DNA of 62,406 nt, the filler included, from Stramenopiles sp. TOSAG23-2 (taxonomy: Eukaryota), in NCBI GenBank assembly GCA_900128395.1. It is 7 parts of 7 records of this genome, joined end to end, with 100 filler letters (N's around TTAATTAATTAA, not from the genome) between each part and the next. Parts side by side here need not be neighbours in the genome. Positions count along the whole stretch, not along the records: positions 1 to 27,015 come from LT649423.1; 6 more parts are not named here. One strand, given 5' to 3'. Shown piece after piece: positions 11,169 to 23,500 of the stretch (the first letter of the stretch is position 1; each line of letters begins with the position of its first letter). Both the position numbers and the translations under genes were made by a program. The notes under the pieces were generated by a model. It was not told where the DNA came from. It searched no databases and saw only the letters and a list, made by a program, of their open reading frames with translations.

Positions 11169-12488
11169 ATGCCAAAGAGAAATTCATTTTCAATTGACGG
11201 TATGGTGGATGCACAGACACCTTTGACGGATAATGAGGATGGGTTGAGTAATAACGAAAAGGTAATAAATGAAAAAAATCGTTGTTGTCGTTGTACCACA
11301 TCTATTGGTGGTAAGTGTAAAGTGAAATGGAGTCTTGCACGTGTATTGACAACATCATTTTATACCTTGTCTCTCATAGCAATGGTGTTAACATCCATCG
11401 AATTAAGAGAATCTAGGTATAAAGATAGTTTACATAATGTTGGTTGGTTTATTGCTGGTGTATTTGTATGTTTAGCTGTACCATTATCCGTATTTGATAT
11501 TGCTCAACATTTACACAATTTTCAAAGTACAACTACACAAAAATATGTCATTCGTATTATGTGGATGGTACCAATTTATGCAATTGAAAGTTGGCTATCT
11601 TTGCGTTTTAAACAATTTGCTTTTACATTAGCATTATTTAGAGATTCATATGAAGCATATGTGATTTATTGTTTTTGTTATTTATTAATTGCTTTATTAG
11701 GTACTGAAAATGAAGTAAATGAAATTATTAAAGCTAAAACTGAGCATGATTTGGACCATATGTTTCCATTTAAATGCATGTTTAATAGATTTGAAAAATA
11801 TGAATTTTTAATTAAAGTAAAACGTGGTGTATTACAATACGTTGTTGTGAAAATTGTATGTACCATTATTACATTAATTACAAGTAATATTGTCATCAAT
11901 GCTGCTACGGATGAAACATTGTATGATGAGAATTCATATGATTTTGTACATTTCCATTTATATGTTGTGATATTAGTCAATTGCTCGCAAATATGGGCAA
12001 TGTATTGTTTAGTATTATTTTACCATGCATGCATGGAAGAATTAGCTCCATATCGACCATTTGGTAAATTTGTATGCGTAAAAGCAGTTGTCTTCTTCAG
12101 TTTTTGGCAAGAAATGGCAATTGGCATGGCTGTCCATTTTGGAATTATACATGGTACGACGAATCCATTTTCATCATATACACCACACGATGTTGCAAAA
12201 GGTTCACAAGATTTCTTAATATGTATTGAAATGTTCATTGCTGCTATTGCACATCATTTTGCATTTCATTATCGTGATTTTACGGATAGAAATGCTGATA
12301 GCAAAATTCCATTTTTAAAAGCATTTGCTGAAGTCAGTAATCCACATGATGTTGTAGAAGATATACGAACAAATTTACCATTGCCAAATCCATCCAATGT
12401 TAAATTGCCAAATGTACCGATCCCGAAATTATTTGCTGGAAAAAGCAAAACAGATGGTGATGATAATGAAGAAGAGTCGATTTTATAA
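11169..12488 (+). CDS. TMEM184: TMEM184/OST-alpha (Solute_trans_a) family transporter
   Basis: Motifs IRIMWMVPIYAIESW, RDSYEAYVIYCF, GVLQY, KFVCVKAVVFFSFWQ, QDFLICIEMFIAAIAHHFAF. Confidence 0.95.
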   Translation: MPKRNSFSIDGMVDAQTPLTDNEDGLSNNEKVINEKNRCCRCTTSIGGKCKVKWSLARVLTTSFYTLSLIAMVLTSIELRESRYKDSLHNVGWFIAGVFVCLAVPLSVFDIAQHLHNFQSTTTQKYVIRIMWMVPIYAIESWLSLRFKQFAFTLALFRDSYEAYVIYCFCYLLIALLGTENEVNEIIKAKTEHDLDHMFPFKCMFNRFEKYEFLIKVKRGVLQYVVVKIVCTIITLITSNIVINAATDETLYDENSYDFVHFHLYVVILVNCSQIWAMYCLVLFYHACMEELAPYRPFGKFVCVKAVVFFSFWQEMAIGMAVHFGIIHGTTNPFSSYTPHDVAKGSQDFLICIEMFIAAIAHHFAFHYRDFTDRNADSKIPFLKAFAEVSNPHDVVEDIRTNLPLPNPSNVKLPNVPIPKLFAGKSKTDGDDNEEESIL

Positions 12489-12927
12489 TATATATTTTCT
12501 GCACATAAATATTATACAATTTATTAAAAATATATTACGAAGTATATAAATTTTAATGCATTAACTTATTTTTTTAATTTACTCATGATAATTCCTACTC
12601 TCCAGAAAGAATACAATAACTCTGAGACAAATCTATCTCACTAAACTGAAAGACATTAATATAAAAAATATATAAAATATGTGTGTTCAAGTGAGATTGA
12701 ATGAGATGAATGTTTGAGTGTAAAATGTGTACAAGATATAAATAATTTTTTTATTAACAAAGTACATGTATATATATATAGAGAGAAAAAGGCTAATTTT
12801 ACGGTGTCTCAACAAATACCCCCGCATACACGCACACTTTCAAACAAAATCTCACGATTTCTCAACAAAAAGTTGTTTCACACACAGAGCTTTATCAACT
12901 TCTGCTTTCTTTTCTTTCTTTTTTTCG

Positions 12928-14580
12928 TTATATTGTTTCTTCTGCTTTTTCAATACCATCCTCTTCTCCTCCTTCTTTATCATCATTATTATCCTCCTCC
13001 TCTTCTTTCTCTTTTGCTTTTCGTGTTTTTACAACTTTTGGTGATATTATTAATGGTCGTTCCCAACTTGTTTGTTTTGTTACCTTGTTATAATAATAAA
13101 TACCACCACCTCTTGGATCCATTGCTGCTCTCCATGGCATTGGTAATGTTGGATCATGCACTTTTTTTGGTGATTGTAACATGGAATATAACACGTTTGA
13201 TTTTCGTGGTGAACCTGGTGTACGATTTCCATAATATTCATCTGCATCTGTTTTACCACCACCAACACCGCCACTACGACGAGTACTATTATTATCAGCA
13301 TTGTTTAATGTATATTCCACTTCATTCATTAATCGGATTTTTTGTTGACGTTTTTGTTTTAAACCTTTTAATAATGCTCGTCCAGATTTAGGTTTTGGTA
13401 CATCTTGAACAAGGTATGTTCGTGGCACGCCATCATTTCTCCACATATTTGTTACACGAAATTGAAAGTCTTTCATACCACTTAAACCATTTTGTGAATT
13501 AGTCGTAACATTGCGATTTGTTTTTGCATTTATTGACAATGCTAACGACTTCTCAATTTTATGGCACATGTATACAAATAATTCTTTTACTTTTAACACT
13601 ACATGTACATTATATTCGCGATATGCAACAAGTGCACAACGAATGATTGCTTCCCAAAATTCATCAAATGTTAACCTACCAATATGATCGACAATATGTG
13701 CTTTTACGGAACTTAAAAATATTTCCGACAACTCAATTGATGTTAAAATAGGTGTATTGTTCATCGATGAGCGTAAATTGAAATCTTCACAAAATTGCAA
13801 CCATTTTTCGAAACCTAATGCATTTGCCATGGAATTTATATTGTTATCCATTGAAAATCTTCTTCCACGTCCACCATGATAGTCTTCACGTTCAATCGAT
13901 GGACGGAATTCACCATAATATTGCAAAATTAATTGAAAACTAGGTGAAAATACTTCGTACATTTCTCGTACATATTTCAATTCCACTAAATTTTTCCTAA
14001 CAGGGCGTCTCCTGGAGTATCGAAATACTTTTTCATCCAATAAACGTTCCAAACAATGTTCATCAGAGCCTGGATATATTTTTTTACCTAAACGTGATAA
14101 AGCATTTAAAAAATCTGAAAAATTCATTTTCTTAATAGAACTAAAGCGTTTCTCTGGATCATGTCGTGTTTGCAGTTGCCTCGCACATTCCGACAGTGTT
14201 GCTTTCCCATGTGCATACCCACTAGCTTTACGCGTACCGCGTCCTGTAACATCATCCGCGCGCTTTGAGACAATATCTTTATAAATAACTGTACAATCTT
14301 GTTTTAATACTCGTTTCTCATCAATAATATTTGCTTCCTCACAAAATTCTGTAAAGGTTTGTGCACGTAAAAACATTGGTGTTTGTGGATTCCCATTAAT
14401 GGTATAAAATGTAAATATCCTCCATAATAATACTTCCAAATCACCATCAAGTTCATCAATATCTGGTTCATAAATGATTACTTCTTTGCTATTATTATTA
14501 TTGTAATTGTTGTAACTATTATTTTTCAACCTATTATTATTATTATTTACACTAACTATGGATGTGCTAAATGCTGACAT
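12928..14580 (-). CDS. p25-alpha/EF-hand-like repeat protein with C-terminal WW domain
   Basis: WW domain LPMPWRAAMDPRGGGIYYYNKVTKQTSWERP. Two helical repeats (FTEFCEEANII...MNFSDFLNAL; WLQFCEDFNL...LTFDEFWEAI) resemble TPPP/p25-alpha. Confidence 0.8.
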   Translation of the reverse strand: MSAFSTSIVSVNNNNNRLKNNSYNNYNNNNSKEVIIYEPDIDELDGDLEVLLWRIFTFYTINGNPQTPMFLRAQTFTEFCEEANIIDEKRVLKQDCTVIYKDIVSKRADDVTGRGTRKASGYAHGKATLSECARQLQTRHDPEKRFSSIKKMNFSDFLNALSRLGKKIYPGSDEHCLERLLDEKVFRYSRRRPVRKNLVELKYVREMYEVFSPSFQLILQYYGEFRPSIEREDYHGGRGRRFSMDNNINSMANALGFEKWLQFCEDFNLRSSMNNTPILTSIELSEIFLSSVKAHIVDHIGRLTFDEFWEAIIRCALVAYREYNVHVVLKVKELFVYMCHKIEKSLALSINAKTNRNVTTNSQNGLSGMKDFQFRVTNMWRNDGVPRTYLVQDVPKPKSGRALLKGLKQKRQQKIRLMNEVEYTLNNADNNSTRRSGGVGGGKTDADEYYGNRTPGSPRKSNVLYSMLQSPKKVHDPTLPMPWRAAMDPRGGGIYYYNKVTKQTSWERPLIISPKVVKTRKAKEKEEEEDNNDDKEGGEEDGIEKAEETI

Positions 14581-15744
14581 TTTTGTTGTCGTTGTTGTTG
14601 TATTTGAGAAATTATTTATTATTATAATTTTGTTTAATAAACGTAAATTATGTAAATATTCTGTATACAGGTGTTTAAAATGATTTTGTTTTGGAATTGA
14701 TTATAAATCTAATCAAATAAAAAAGGGTTTGAATTATATTCTTCTATCCTTTTATTGTATTTTTTAAAAGATTTTTCGTATGATATATATAATAAGCGCA
14801 TAAGTTAATAATATACTACTGTAATAGGCTAATAATAATAATAACGAATAAGATGATGACGTGTGATTTTTCTTCTAATTTTTAATAATTTTCATCTTCC
14901 CTATATATTTCGTAGTCTTATTTTGTAGTTAGAGTGAGTTTAATGATATCCTTCAACATAGTAATGTTATCCGATATAACCGCTATCATCGGAAATGTGT
15001 GATTCTTTGCTAGTTTCACTAAATCTTGAAAGTTTGCACAATGATTTAATACGTATACCGAAACAGCTCCATGAGCTACCGTTTTCAGTATAGTCCCAAT
15101 TGTTGTTGAATTGCCTTTTTTCAAATTCGCTGCCATTCGTTTTCTTAATTTTAACGTAGACCCAATATAGAATTGCACCGCTGTTGCATTTTTATCGTTA
15201 ACGCACTTGCTAGGGTTATTGCTGTTGACAAAAAAATTATCCCGCAAATCATTGCAAATTACATGTATACGGTGGCATTGAAAAAGCAAGAGAATAAGAT
15301 GATAACTATGTCATATGATAAATTTATATGCATCAAAATTTTAATGGGAAAGGTTACATGCATATAAGCAATGAATTGAAAAAAGCGCTGTATGTGTACA
15401 GTACATATCCTAATCCTGCTGTGTACATCATGCCAACATAAACACCGACCTATTTTTCATGTTCCTATTAGGTCTGGACACAATAGCATTGAAATAGCAT
15501 TACAACCAGTGCCTTCCATGCCAAAAAACCTGTGGCCAACTCCCAACTTCCTCTTCTTTTTATCATTTTTCCCAAAACTCAACAATGTTACCTGTGATTA
15601 TATATGAATTAAAGAACGATATAGGCACGCGTTTACAACACATAGATAGATAGAACCACAACATTGAACAATAAATTATAAGAAAAGAATTATTACGATC
15701 AATTATAAGGAATACAAATTTAGAAAAAAAGTAGTAAAAGAAAC

Positions 15745-16162
15745 ATGTCGAAACAATTCAGTTTAAGTGAAGTAGCAAAACATAATAAAGAGTACGTATA
15801 TTATAAAAAGATTATTCTTTTTGATCTTCCTCATCATTCTTACTTTCTTTGTCCAACGCGAAACTAACTTATAATGTAAAAAATAATAATAATAATAATA
15901 TATGTAACTAACATAAAATATACATACATACATACATACATACATATAAACAAACTCCAAATAATATAGCGATGACTGTTGGATCGTTCTTAATGGTAAA
16001 GTATACGATATGACTGACTTTATGGAAGATCATCCTGGTGGTTCAAAAGTTGTTATGTTATATGCAGGTAAAGACGCAACTGACGAATTTACTATGTTGC
16101 ATAAACCAGCAATATTAAATAAGTTTGGACCACGTTTACTTATCGGTAACCTTGCCAAATAA
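15745..16162 (+). CDS. Cytochrome b5-like heme-binding protein; join(15745..15791,15970..16162), 79 aa
   Basis: Spliced translation [79 protein letters not shown], with HPGG and the second heme His. Intron GTACGT...TAG at 15792-15969. Confidence 0.95.
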
Positions 16163-16694
16163 GATGATATGTATATATTAATTATATATATATATATATA
16201 TGGATGAATCTATATGAAGGTGGGTTATATGTATTTGATTCGGGCAAAGATAGTGGGTCCCGGCCCTTTTTTTTTGAACCAGTCATATGTGTATATACAT
16301 GTATATTTATATGCTGGGAGGGCGGACAGTGCCAATTATTTGATATATCATTTATAAATTTGAATCAACTTTAAAATGTGTTTGATTATATATTATTTGA
16401 GACGATTATATACATGTACGTAGGTATCAGCATAATACACGTAGATTAGCGCAAAGCGAACTTTCGTTTATATAATCATTGATTATGTTTTGATGTGCTG
16501 ATGTAGTTATGTGTGTATTGACATATCATACATTTAATTAATACAGTTCAACGTAATACTTAACGCTAGCGCATATATTTTATTTTTAAAAATTTAGCGC
16601 AACATCTCATGTGTATGTAGATCGGTGTTGTATCTATGATATAATACCATCATCCCTCATCTCTTTCACCCTTTTTATAATTTTTTTCAAAGAA

Positions 16695-17245
16695 TTAATA
16701 AAAATTTTTTCCAGGTCGATAATATTTTCCACTTTTTACATCATCCATATAATTTCTAAATTGATCCAAACCTCCTTCTAAAACAGATTCTGTAAGTTGT
16801 GTTGCTACATGACCTCTTTCACCATTATCAAATCTTATAGAACGATGATGTCCATATTCTTTAGACAATTTTATATTTGTTTTGTTATTATACCCTTCTT
16901 TCTCTTGTGCAACTAATGATACAAATACTTTTGCGTCTTTCTTATTATTATTTATAATTTCTTTTTGTATATCTGTATTTGTATCATGTCTTGCTGCAAA
17001 TGCAATTGGTAAATAATTTGAAATTCCTCCGACTTCTTTACATCCATCTGGATATGCACGTATAATTGCCACTATTGTATCATCTGGACATTTTCGTTCT
17101 ATTAATATATATGTGTTTGCAGATGTATGATATTCATTATAATAATGTGTTAGTTTGTTTCTTGTAGTAGATTTTACAAAATGAGTGTGTGTGTGTGTAT
17201 ATACATACGAATTGCAATATGTAATGGCAATATGGGTTTATCCGT
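16695..17245 (-). CDS. Ankyrin-like repeat protein, 5' end unresolved
   Basis: An intron at 17208..17099 (GTATGT...TAG) gives KPILPLHIAIQRKCPDDTIVAIIRAYP...LPIAFAARH. An in-frame TAA lies just upstream, so the start is unclear. Confidence 0.55.
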
Positions 17246-17825
17246 TTATAAATCTGAATGATCAAAAGGGATAGCCGGGATATAGCACTTACCCTCTTGT
17301 TGGTAATTAATCACGTTTCCTCACCCCGTCCCGTAGGCAATCCTGTGTCAATATATTCTAGCATAGTAATACGCATAAAACCAATAGCATATGTCCCATT
17401 ATCGATACAACGTTCAAAAAAAATGTCACACAGCTACTTTTAATATGGAATGATCACATCAGAAAGATGATACAAGGCTAATTTACGAGGGGTTCAGATA
17501 TATTAAGGTATAATGGTCAACAGACAGGACTATTTTTCGACACACACGTAGACACGTAGCATCCTTTTTTTATAAAAAATGTTCATTCTAAATGGATACA
17601 ATATAGAAACAGAGTGAGAGATAGAAGAAAGAGAAGACACGATATATAATATATATATGAAAACAATTATTATTCATTCATTATTATTATTTGATATATC
17701 CAAAAGTTAAGATACTATAAACAATTCATAATCTTTATATATCAAATATATATACGTATGTTATAGAGAAAAAAAATAGTAATAATAATAATAACATAAT
17801 TGTAATCAAAATTTAACCAACAAAT

Positions 17826-20015
17826 ATGAAAAATAAAAGTAAATTAATATTCATATCTCTTGTCTTATTATTAGTATTATTTATATGTTTACCAACACAA
17901 GTAAATGGTTGGGGTTCCTTATTTGGTAGTAGTAGTAGTAATAATAATAATAATGATAACGACGATAATAATAATGATAACGACGATAATAACAACGACA
18001 ATATCCAAGAACAAAATGAAGAAAATAATGACAATAATAACATTATCCCTGAAAAAACACAGCCAATAATCAATAAACAACCAATCAAACGTAAAAATGC
18101 TGTATCAGAAGATGTTGAAAATAATGAAAACAACCAAGCAGAACCAACAATAGCACCACCACAACAACAACAACAACAACAATTGCAAGCTTTAACGATA
18201 GTGGAACAAGTACAAACTGATGATAATGAAATTGAAACAAAACCAATATCGTCTCCACCATCAACGCCACCACCACCATCACAACCATCCATTTTTGAAC
18301 CAGAAGATGATTGGAAAGAAATATTACCTGGACAGCATATACCTGGTGGATTAGATGTGCGTATGAATTTACAAACTGGTGAAAAATATGCACGTTTAAT
18401 GCCTGAAACTGCATCATCGTCGACACATTGGTCTAATAAGCGTAATAAAAATTTAAAAGGTGAAGATGTAATAGCAGCAGAAGAAGAAGAAGCAATAATA
18501 GTTGCAGATCATGCACCAATTATCAATAATAAAACATCTAATAACAATCATCGTAGGTTAGATATTAATAATTTGGATGAAGATGAAGATTTATCTCCAT
18601 TAGATGCTGAAATGAAATCAGCACAAATGATTGAACGAGTATTAAATGGATTACCATTGTAAGTATTGTTTGGGATTTATTTTTCCATTTTATATCCGCC
18701 CCACACAAATAAATGATTATATATATACAAACAACTAACAAAAAATATTATGTTATTATTATTATTTTTATTACTATGAATTATTTATTTCAGACCACCG
18801 AAAGAATTAAAATCAGCTAGTACGTTATCACCTGAAAAATACAAAGAAGTCATGCAATTGTTGTGGAAAAAACGACAACTGGAATTGAAAGATGCCGAAA
18901 GTAAAATCCATAATTCCGCAAAAGCGATGCAAACTGGTACAGATATATTATTAAATACTTCTTCACATGATAATGATAAGATACAAATTTTGAAAAATAT
19001 GGAATATGAAGTCCAACAATTAGATAATGCAATGGATTTTGCTACGATTGGTGGATTAGCTGCTACGATAAATTTATTAGATCATTCTAATTTTAAGATA
19101 CGAAAATACGCTGCTTGGGTAATAGGTACAGCAGTGAAAAATTATGATCAAGTACAAGAAGAGTTATTAAAATTAGGTGGAATTGATACATTTATTAATG
19201 TGATTCAATTGGAATCAAAAGGATTAGCGACAACAACGGAAACGATTGCAAAAAAAACATCAAACGACGATGAAGATGAAAATAATAACAATGAAGAAGT
19301 AAAAACAATTGATGTTATTGGTAAGCAATTATATGGCTTAGGTGCTTCTATTCGTGGTTCTTTGCGAAATTCGAATTATTTCTTTCAACGAAACGGTAGC
19401 AAATTATTATATAAATTGTTAAATATGATTAAAAAAGCAATTGATGTTGGTCCATTAAATCAAGTTGCCGGGCCACAAACTACGAATGGTGATCGTGCAT
19501 GGACACCAGAGACCATGGTATTGAAACGTAAATTATGTGGTGTACAAAACAAAGTTTTAAATTTAATTGGAGATAATTTAAATTTCGCAATTGATACCAT
19601 ACAACATTTCGGTGGTGTTGAAATGCAAGATGGTACAAATGGTATGTTAATAGCAAGATCGTTAACTACAGTTGAATGGTGTAAGATGTTAAATGATATC
19701 AGTGAAAGCTTATGTGATGATGATGTAAGTCGTGAAAAAATTTTACGTGCCTTGCAAATTATTTTACAAATTGCAAAAAGAAATGGTGCAACATATGAAG
19801 ATAATTTTGATGCTACCGCTGGTAGTAATAATGATGATAATATATCATTATCTAAATGTTTTAATATTATCCATCATTCCAATAAATTAAAAACAGCATT
19901 AAATGGTTGGAAAAAAGAATGGAGTGATGCATTATTGGAAGATCCAACGGATGATTATGCAAAAGATTTATCGAATATGGTTGACAGTGTATTGAAAAGA
20001 GAGGAGAGTAAATAA
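17826..20015 (+). CDS. SIL1: SIL1/BAP-like ER Hsp70 nucleotide exchange factor; join(17826..18658,18794..20015), 684 aa
   Basis: Signal peptide, SIL1 motif FEPEDDWKEILPGQHIPGGLDVRMNLQTGEKYARL, and Fes1/ARM region LDNAMDF..IGG...AAWVIGTAVKN. The GT-AG intron at 18659-18793 restores the frame. Confidence 0.9.
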
Positions 20016-20509
20016 ATATTTCGGTAAAAAAATAAAATGAACTAAAATGGAACTTTTATTTGACGACACATTTGCCTTCGGGCACATGCACATCAATCAA
20101 TAAATTTAATACCGAAGTGTACAACTGTCCTTCATTTTTTATTACCATGTATATTAATATATCTAGACATAGTGCCATAATCGATATGCATTGCATATAC
20201 CGAAGAAAATCCCACTATAAAAATCTACACAAAATCTTTTTCGCAACACAATCCTATGTCTATGCTATAATCACTTATTTTAATTTCTCTGTCTACCAAT
20301 CGATTTTTACGTTGGGTTGTCAAAAACAAGAAAAAAGTTGGGCAAAGGTATTAATAATATCCAAAATGAATATATACAAAAGAGTCACACACGCATAGGA
20401 AAGTAAACAAAAATATATTGGACACAAGATATATATTTGTAATATATAGACTATTTATTGGACACAAGATACATTTGTAATATATATATATATATATATC
20501 TGTTATAAT

Positions 20510-23500
20510 ATGGCAGAAAAATACGCAGTGGAGCTGGCATTGCCTGGCAATGAAGCCAATAATAATAATAATAATAATGAGAATATGACATTTCTACTAG
20601 CAAAAGATGCTGGTCTCATACCACGTTCCGTACGATTAGAAATTGCAGCAAAAGGCGCCTTGCAAGATGCGCCATCAAAACAACTAGTAGAGCAAGCATT
20701 GCTTCTCTCGGATATATCTGGCTTTACGGCGCTTGGAGAAAAGTTAACTGCAGAACATGGTGATGCAAAAGGTGCTGAAGAATTTGCACATCAAATGAGC
20801 GAAGTTATTTCAGCTTTGGTCAATGTAACACACCGATACGAAGGTGAAGTTGTAAAAATAGCAGGAGATTGTTTAATTTGTACTTTTGCTGCAATCCCAT
20901 CGGATCCAGAAGATCGGGGTGATGAAAAAGCATTTGAACGAGCAAAAGAATGTTCCGTTGAGATGTTAAAAGTTGTTAAAGGAACAAACCCGGATCTTGA
21001 TCTCCATGGTGGATTAGCAGGAACAGCACCCTTGCAAAGGATTCACTTGAAAGAGTTGCGTGGATCATCCCCGCGATCCAATAGTGCAAGGCAACGTATG
21101 AAAAAAAACGATGAAAGTACGATGTCGCGTGCTGAATTTGAGCGCAGCAAACAGCGATGGTTTTTAATTGCTGGCAGACCTATAAAAATTGCAGCTGGAC
21201 TTCTTGATAGGGCAAAGCCTGGTACAGTCAAAGTTTTTGGTGGGTTAACTTTGACTCGGGAAACGAATACTGCTGATATTCTCGATGAGGAAGAAGATGC
21301 AAATCAAACAGAAAGGCGAATGTCTAAACGTGGTAGCATGATTGATACATATACTGCTGAACTTTCCACATGTCCAGAAATTGCATCTTCGTATCTCCCT
21401 CCAATTGTACGTGCTAAAGGTAATAGTGCACAGTTTGAAAATGAAAAACGACGGGTAGTAGTCGTATTTTTATCTTTACCTGGTTTAGCAAAAGAATCTG
21501 TCACCTCGAAAGGCGTGAACGAGGCGCATTTAAATGATGTTTATTCTGCACTTCGTTCTATACTTTCTAAGTTTGAAGGGCAAATGCGAGATTTTTTATT
21601 TGAAGACAAAGGTTGTACGTTGATTGCATGTTTTGGAATTACTCGTATTACTGAAGTGGATGCTTTGCGAGCAGTTCTTTTTGCACTAGAAGCTTCATCT
21701 GCATGTTCCTCCCTTAGTGACCCGTGCAAGATTGGGATATCAATGGGACAATGCTTTACTGGAATATGTGGCCATCCATCACGTAATGATTTTGTTGTAA
21801 TGGGACCAGAGACAAATATGGCAGCAAGATTGATGGGAAAAGCTGAAATAGGAAAAATATTGGTATCTGAAAGAGTATATAATGCCACACAAAATTACAT
21901 TGGATACGATATGTCGAATCCTATTGAAGTAAAAGGTAAAGATGGTACATTTCGTGCATTGTGTCCATATGGAAGACGAGCGGGTGCAGTACGTCATAAG
22001 AATCAAGATGAATTGGATAAAGCGGTTTTTGTTGGGCGTGAAAAAGAAATGACTGTATTACGAGCTGGTTTGAAGTCCATGTTGGAAGAACAAAAAGGTG
22101 GTGCTTTTATTTTAGAAGGTTTAGCAGGTATGGGTAAAAGTGCGATTGTATGGCAATTGCAAAGAGAAGCAATAAATGACAACGTTCGTTTTTTAATGGG
22201 TACTGGATCTGCAATTGAAAAACAGACACCATATTTTGCATTTGGTCAAATTTTAACTGCTGCTGCAAATTTATCAACTTCACCTTCGTATGGTGAAGTT
22301 TTGGCATTAAAATTTAATCATCAATTGGAAGAAGACGATATCAATGCGCTTGGTATTATGTTACCAACATTAGCAAAACGCGATGCAGCCGGTACACAGC
22401 TAGAACATGGACGTTTGGAAGCTCGTGCTGCACAAGTTTGTTTGAAAATATTTCAAAGCCTTGAAAATACAATTTTCGTATTTGAAGACGCTCATTGGAT
22501 TGATTCCCAATCTTGGATTATGTTGCAGATGGTATTACCACAATTATCAACTAAAAGTATTGTTATGATAGTTACACGCCCACCAAATATGATTTCTCAA
22601 CAAAAAGCTGGAGGTGCTGATCAATTATTGGAAGAAAATGAAGGTAAAATTGAAGATGAGTGGTTAGAAGATGACGATCGTATTAAATTCTCTCGAATTT
22701 TAGCTGCTTTGAAAGAAAATAGCGCTATTTCGTATTTGGAATTAGGTACAATGGGAACAGACGCCATGCGCGAATTAATCGCAAAAACGCTTGAAGTTGA
22801 TGGGTCATCGGTAAATGATGACTTTGTAAACTTAATGGATCAAAAAGCTGGAGGTATTCCAATGTATTTATCCTCCATGACCAATTGGTTAAAAGAACGC
22901 GATATGGTGCAAAAAAAGGAAGATGGTAGTATATTTTTTACTGGTGACATAAAAGAGATTAAATTTCCAAGTTCAATCATGGATACAGTACATGAGCGTA
23001 TTGATAGTCTCGACGATGAGGCAAAAGTTTTGATAAAAGTTTGCTCATGTTATGGATTTGAATTTCGTCAAGATAGTTTACAAAAAGTTGCTCCGCAATT
23101 TTTGTCTTCTAAAGATGAATCACATTTGCAAAAACACTTGGAAACATTGGCTGCACGTGGTTTGGTTGTAGCTGTTACTGGCGAATCCGTTAGTAAAATG
23201 ATGAAATTTACACATCAAATTATTACCGAATGTTCGCATAACTTAATGTTGGATTCACAAAGACGCCAAGTACACAAGGCAATTGTTGAAGAGTATGAAA
23301 GTTCTACAGTTAAGTATGAAATGGATGTACTGGCTTTTCACTGGTTGCGAAGTGGGGATGTTGAACGTGGTTGTGATATGTTACAAAATGCTGCTTTAAA
23401 AGCGCTCGAGATAGGAGCTTATAAAGAATGCGTTAATTCGTTAAGTCAAGCTATTGCATATGGGGTAAAACTAGACAATAGCCGTGTTGCATATTGGACT

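Noticed and set aside
12714-13391. Long antisense ORFs (also 17813-18292, 24874-25374, 27852-28385 and others)
   Set aside because: Shadow frames opposite well-supported genes, with low-complexity composition and no motifs.
18659-18793. Other introns (also 15792-15969, 17099-17208, 36882-36980) as members of the introner family
   Set aside because: They share only generic GT/CTAAC/AG signals, not the CCTAAACCTAA or ATCACTCATTCATA blocks.
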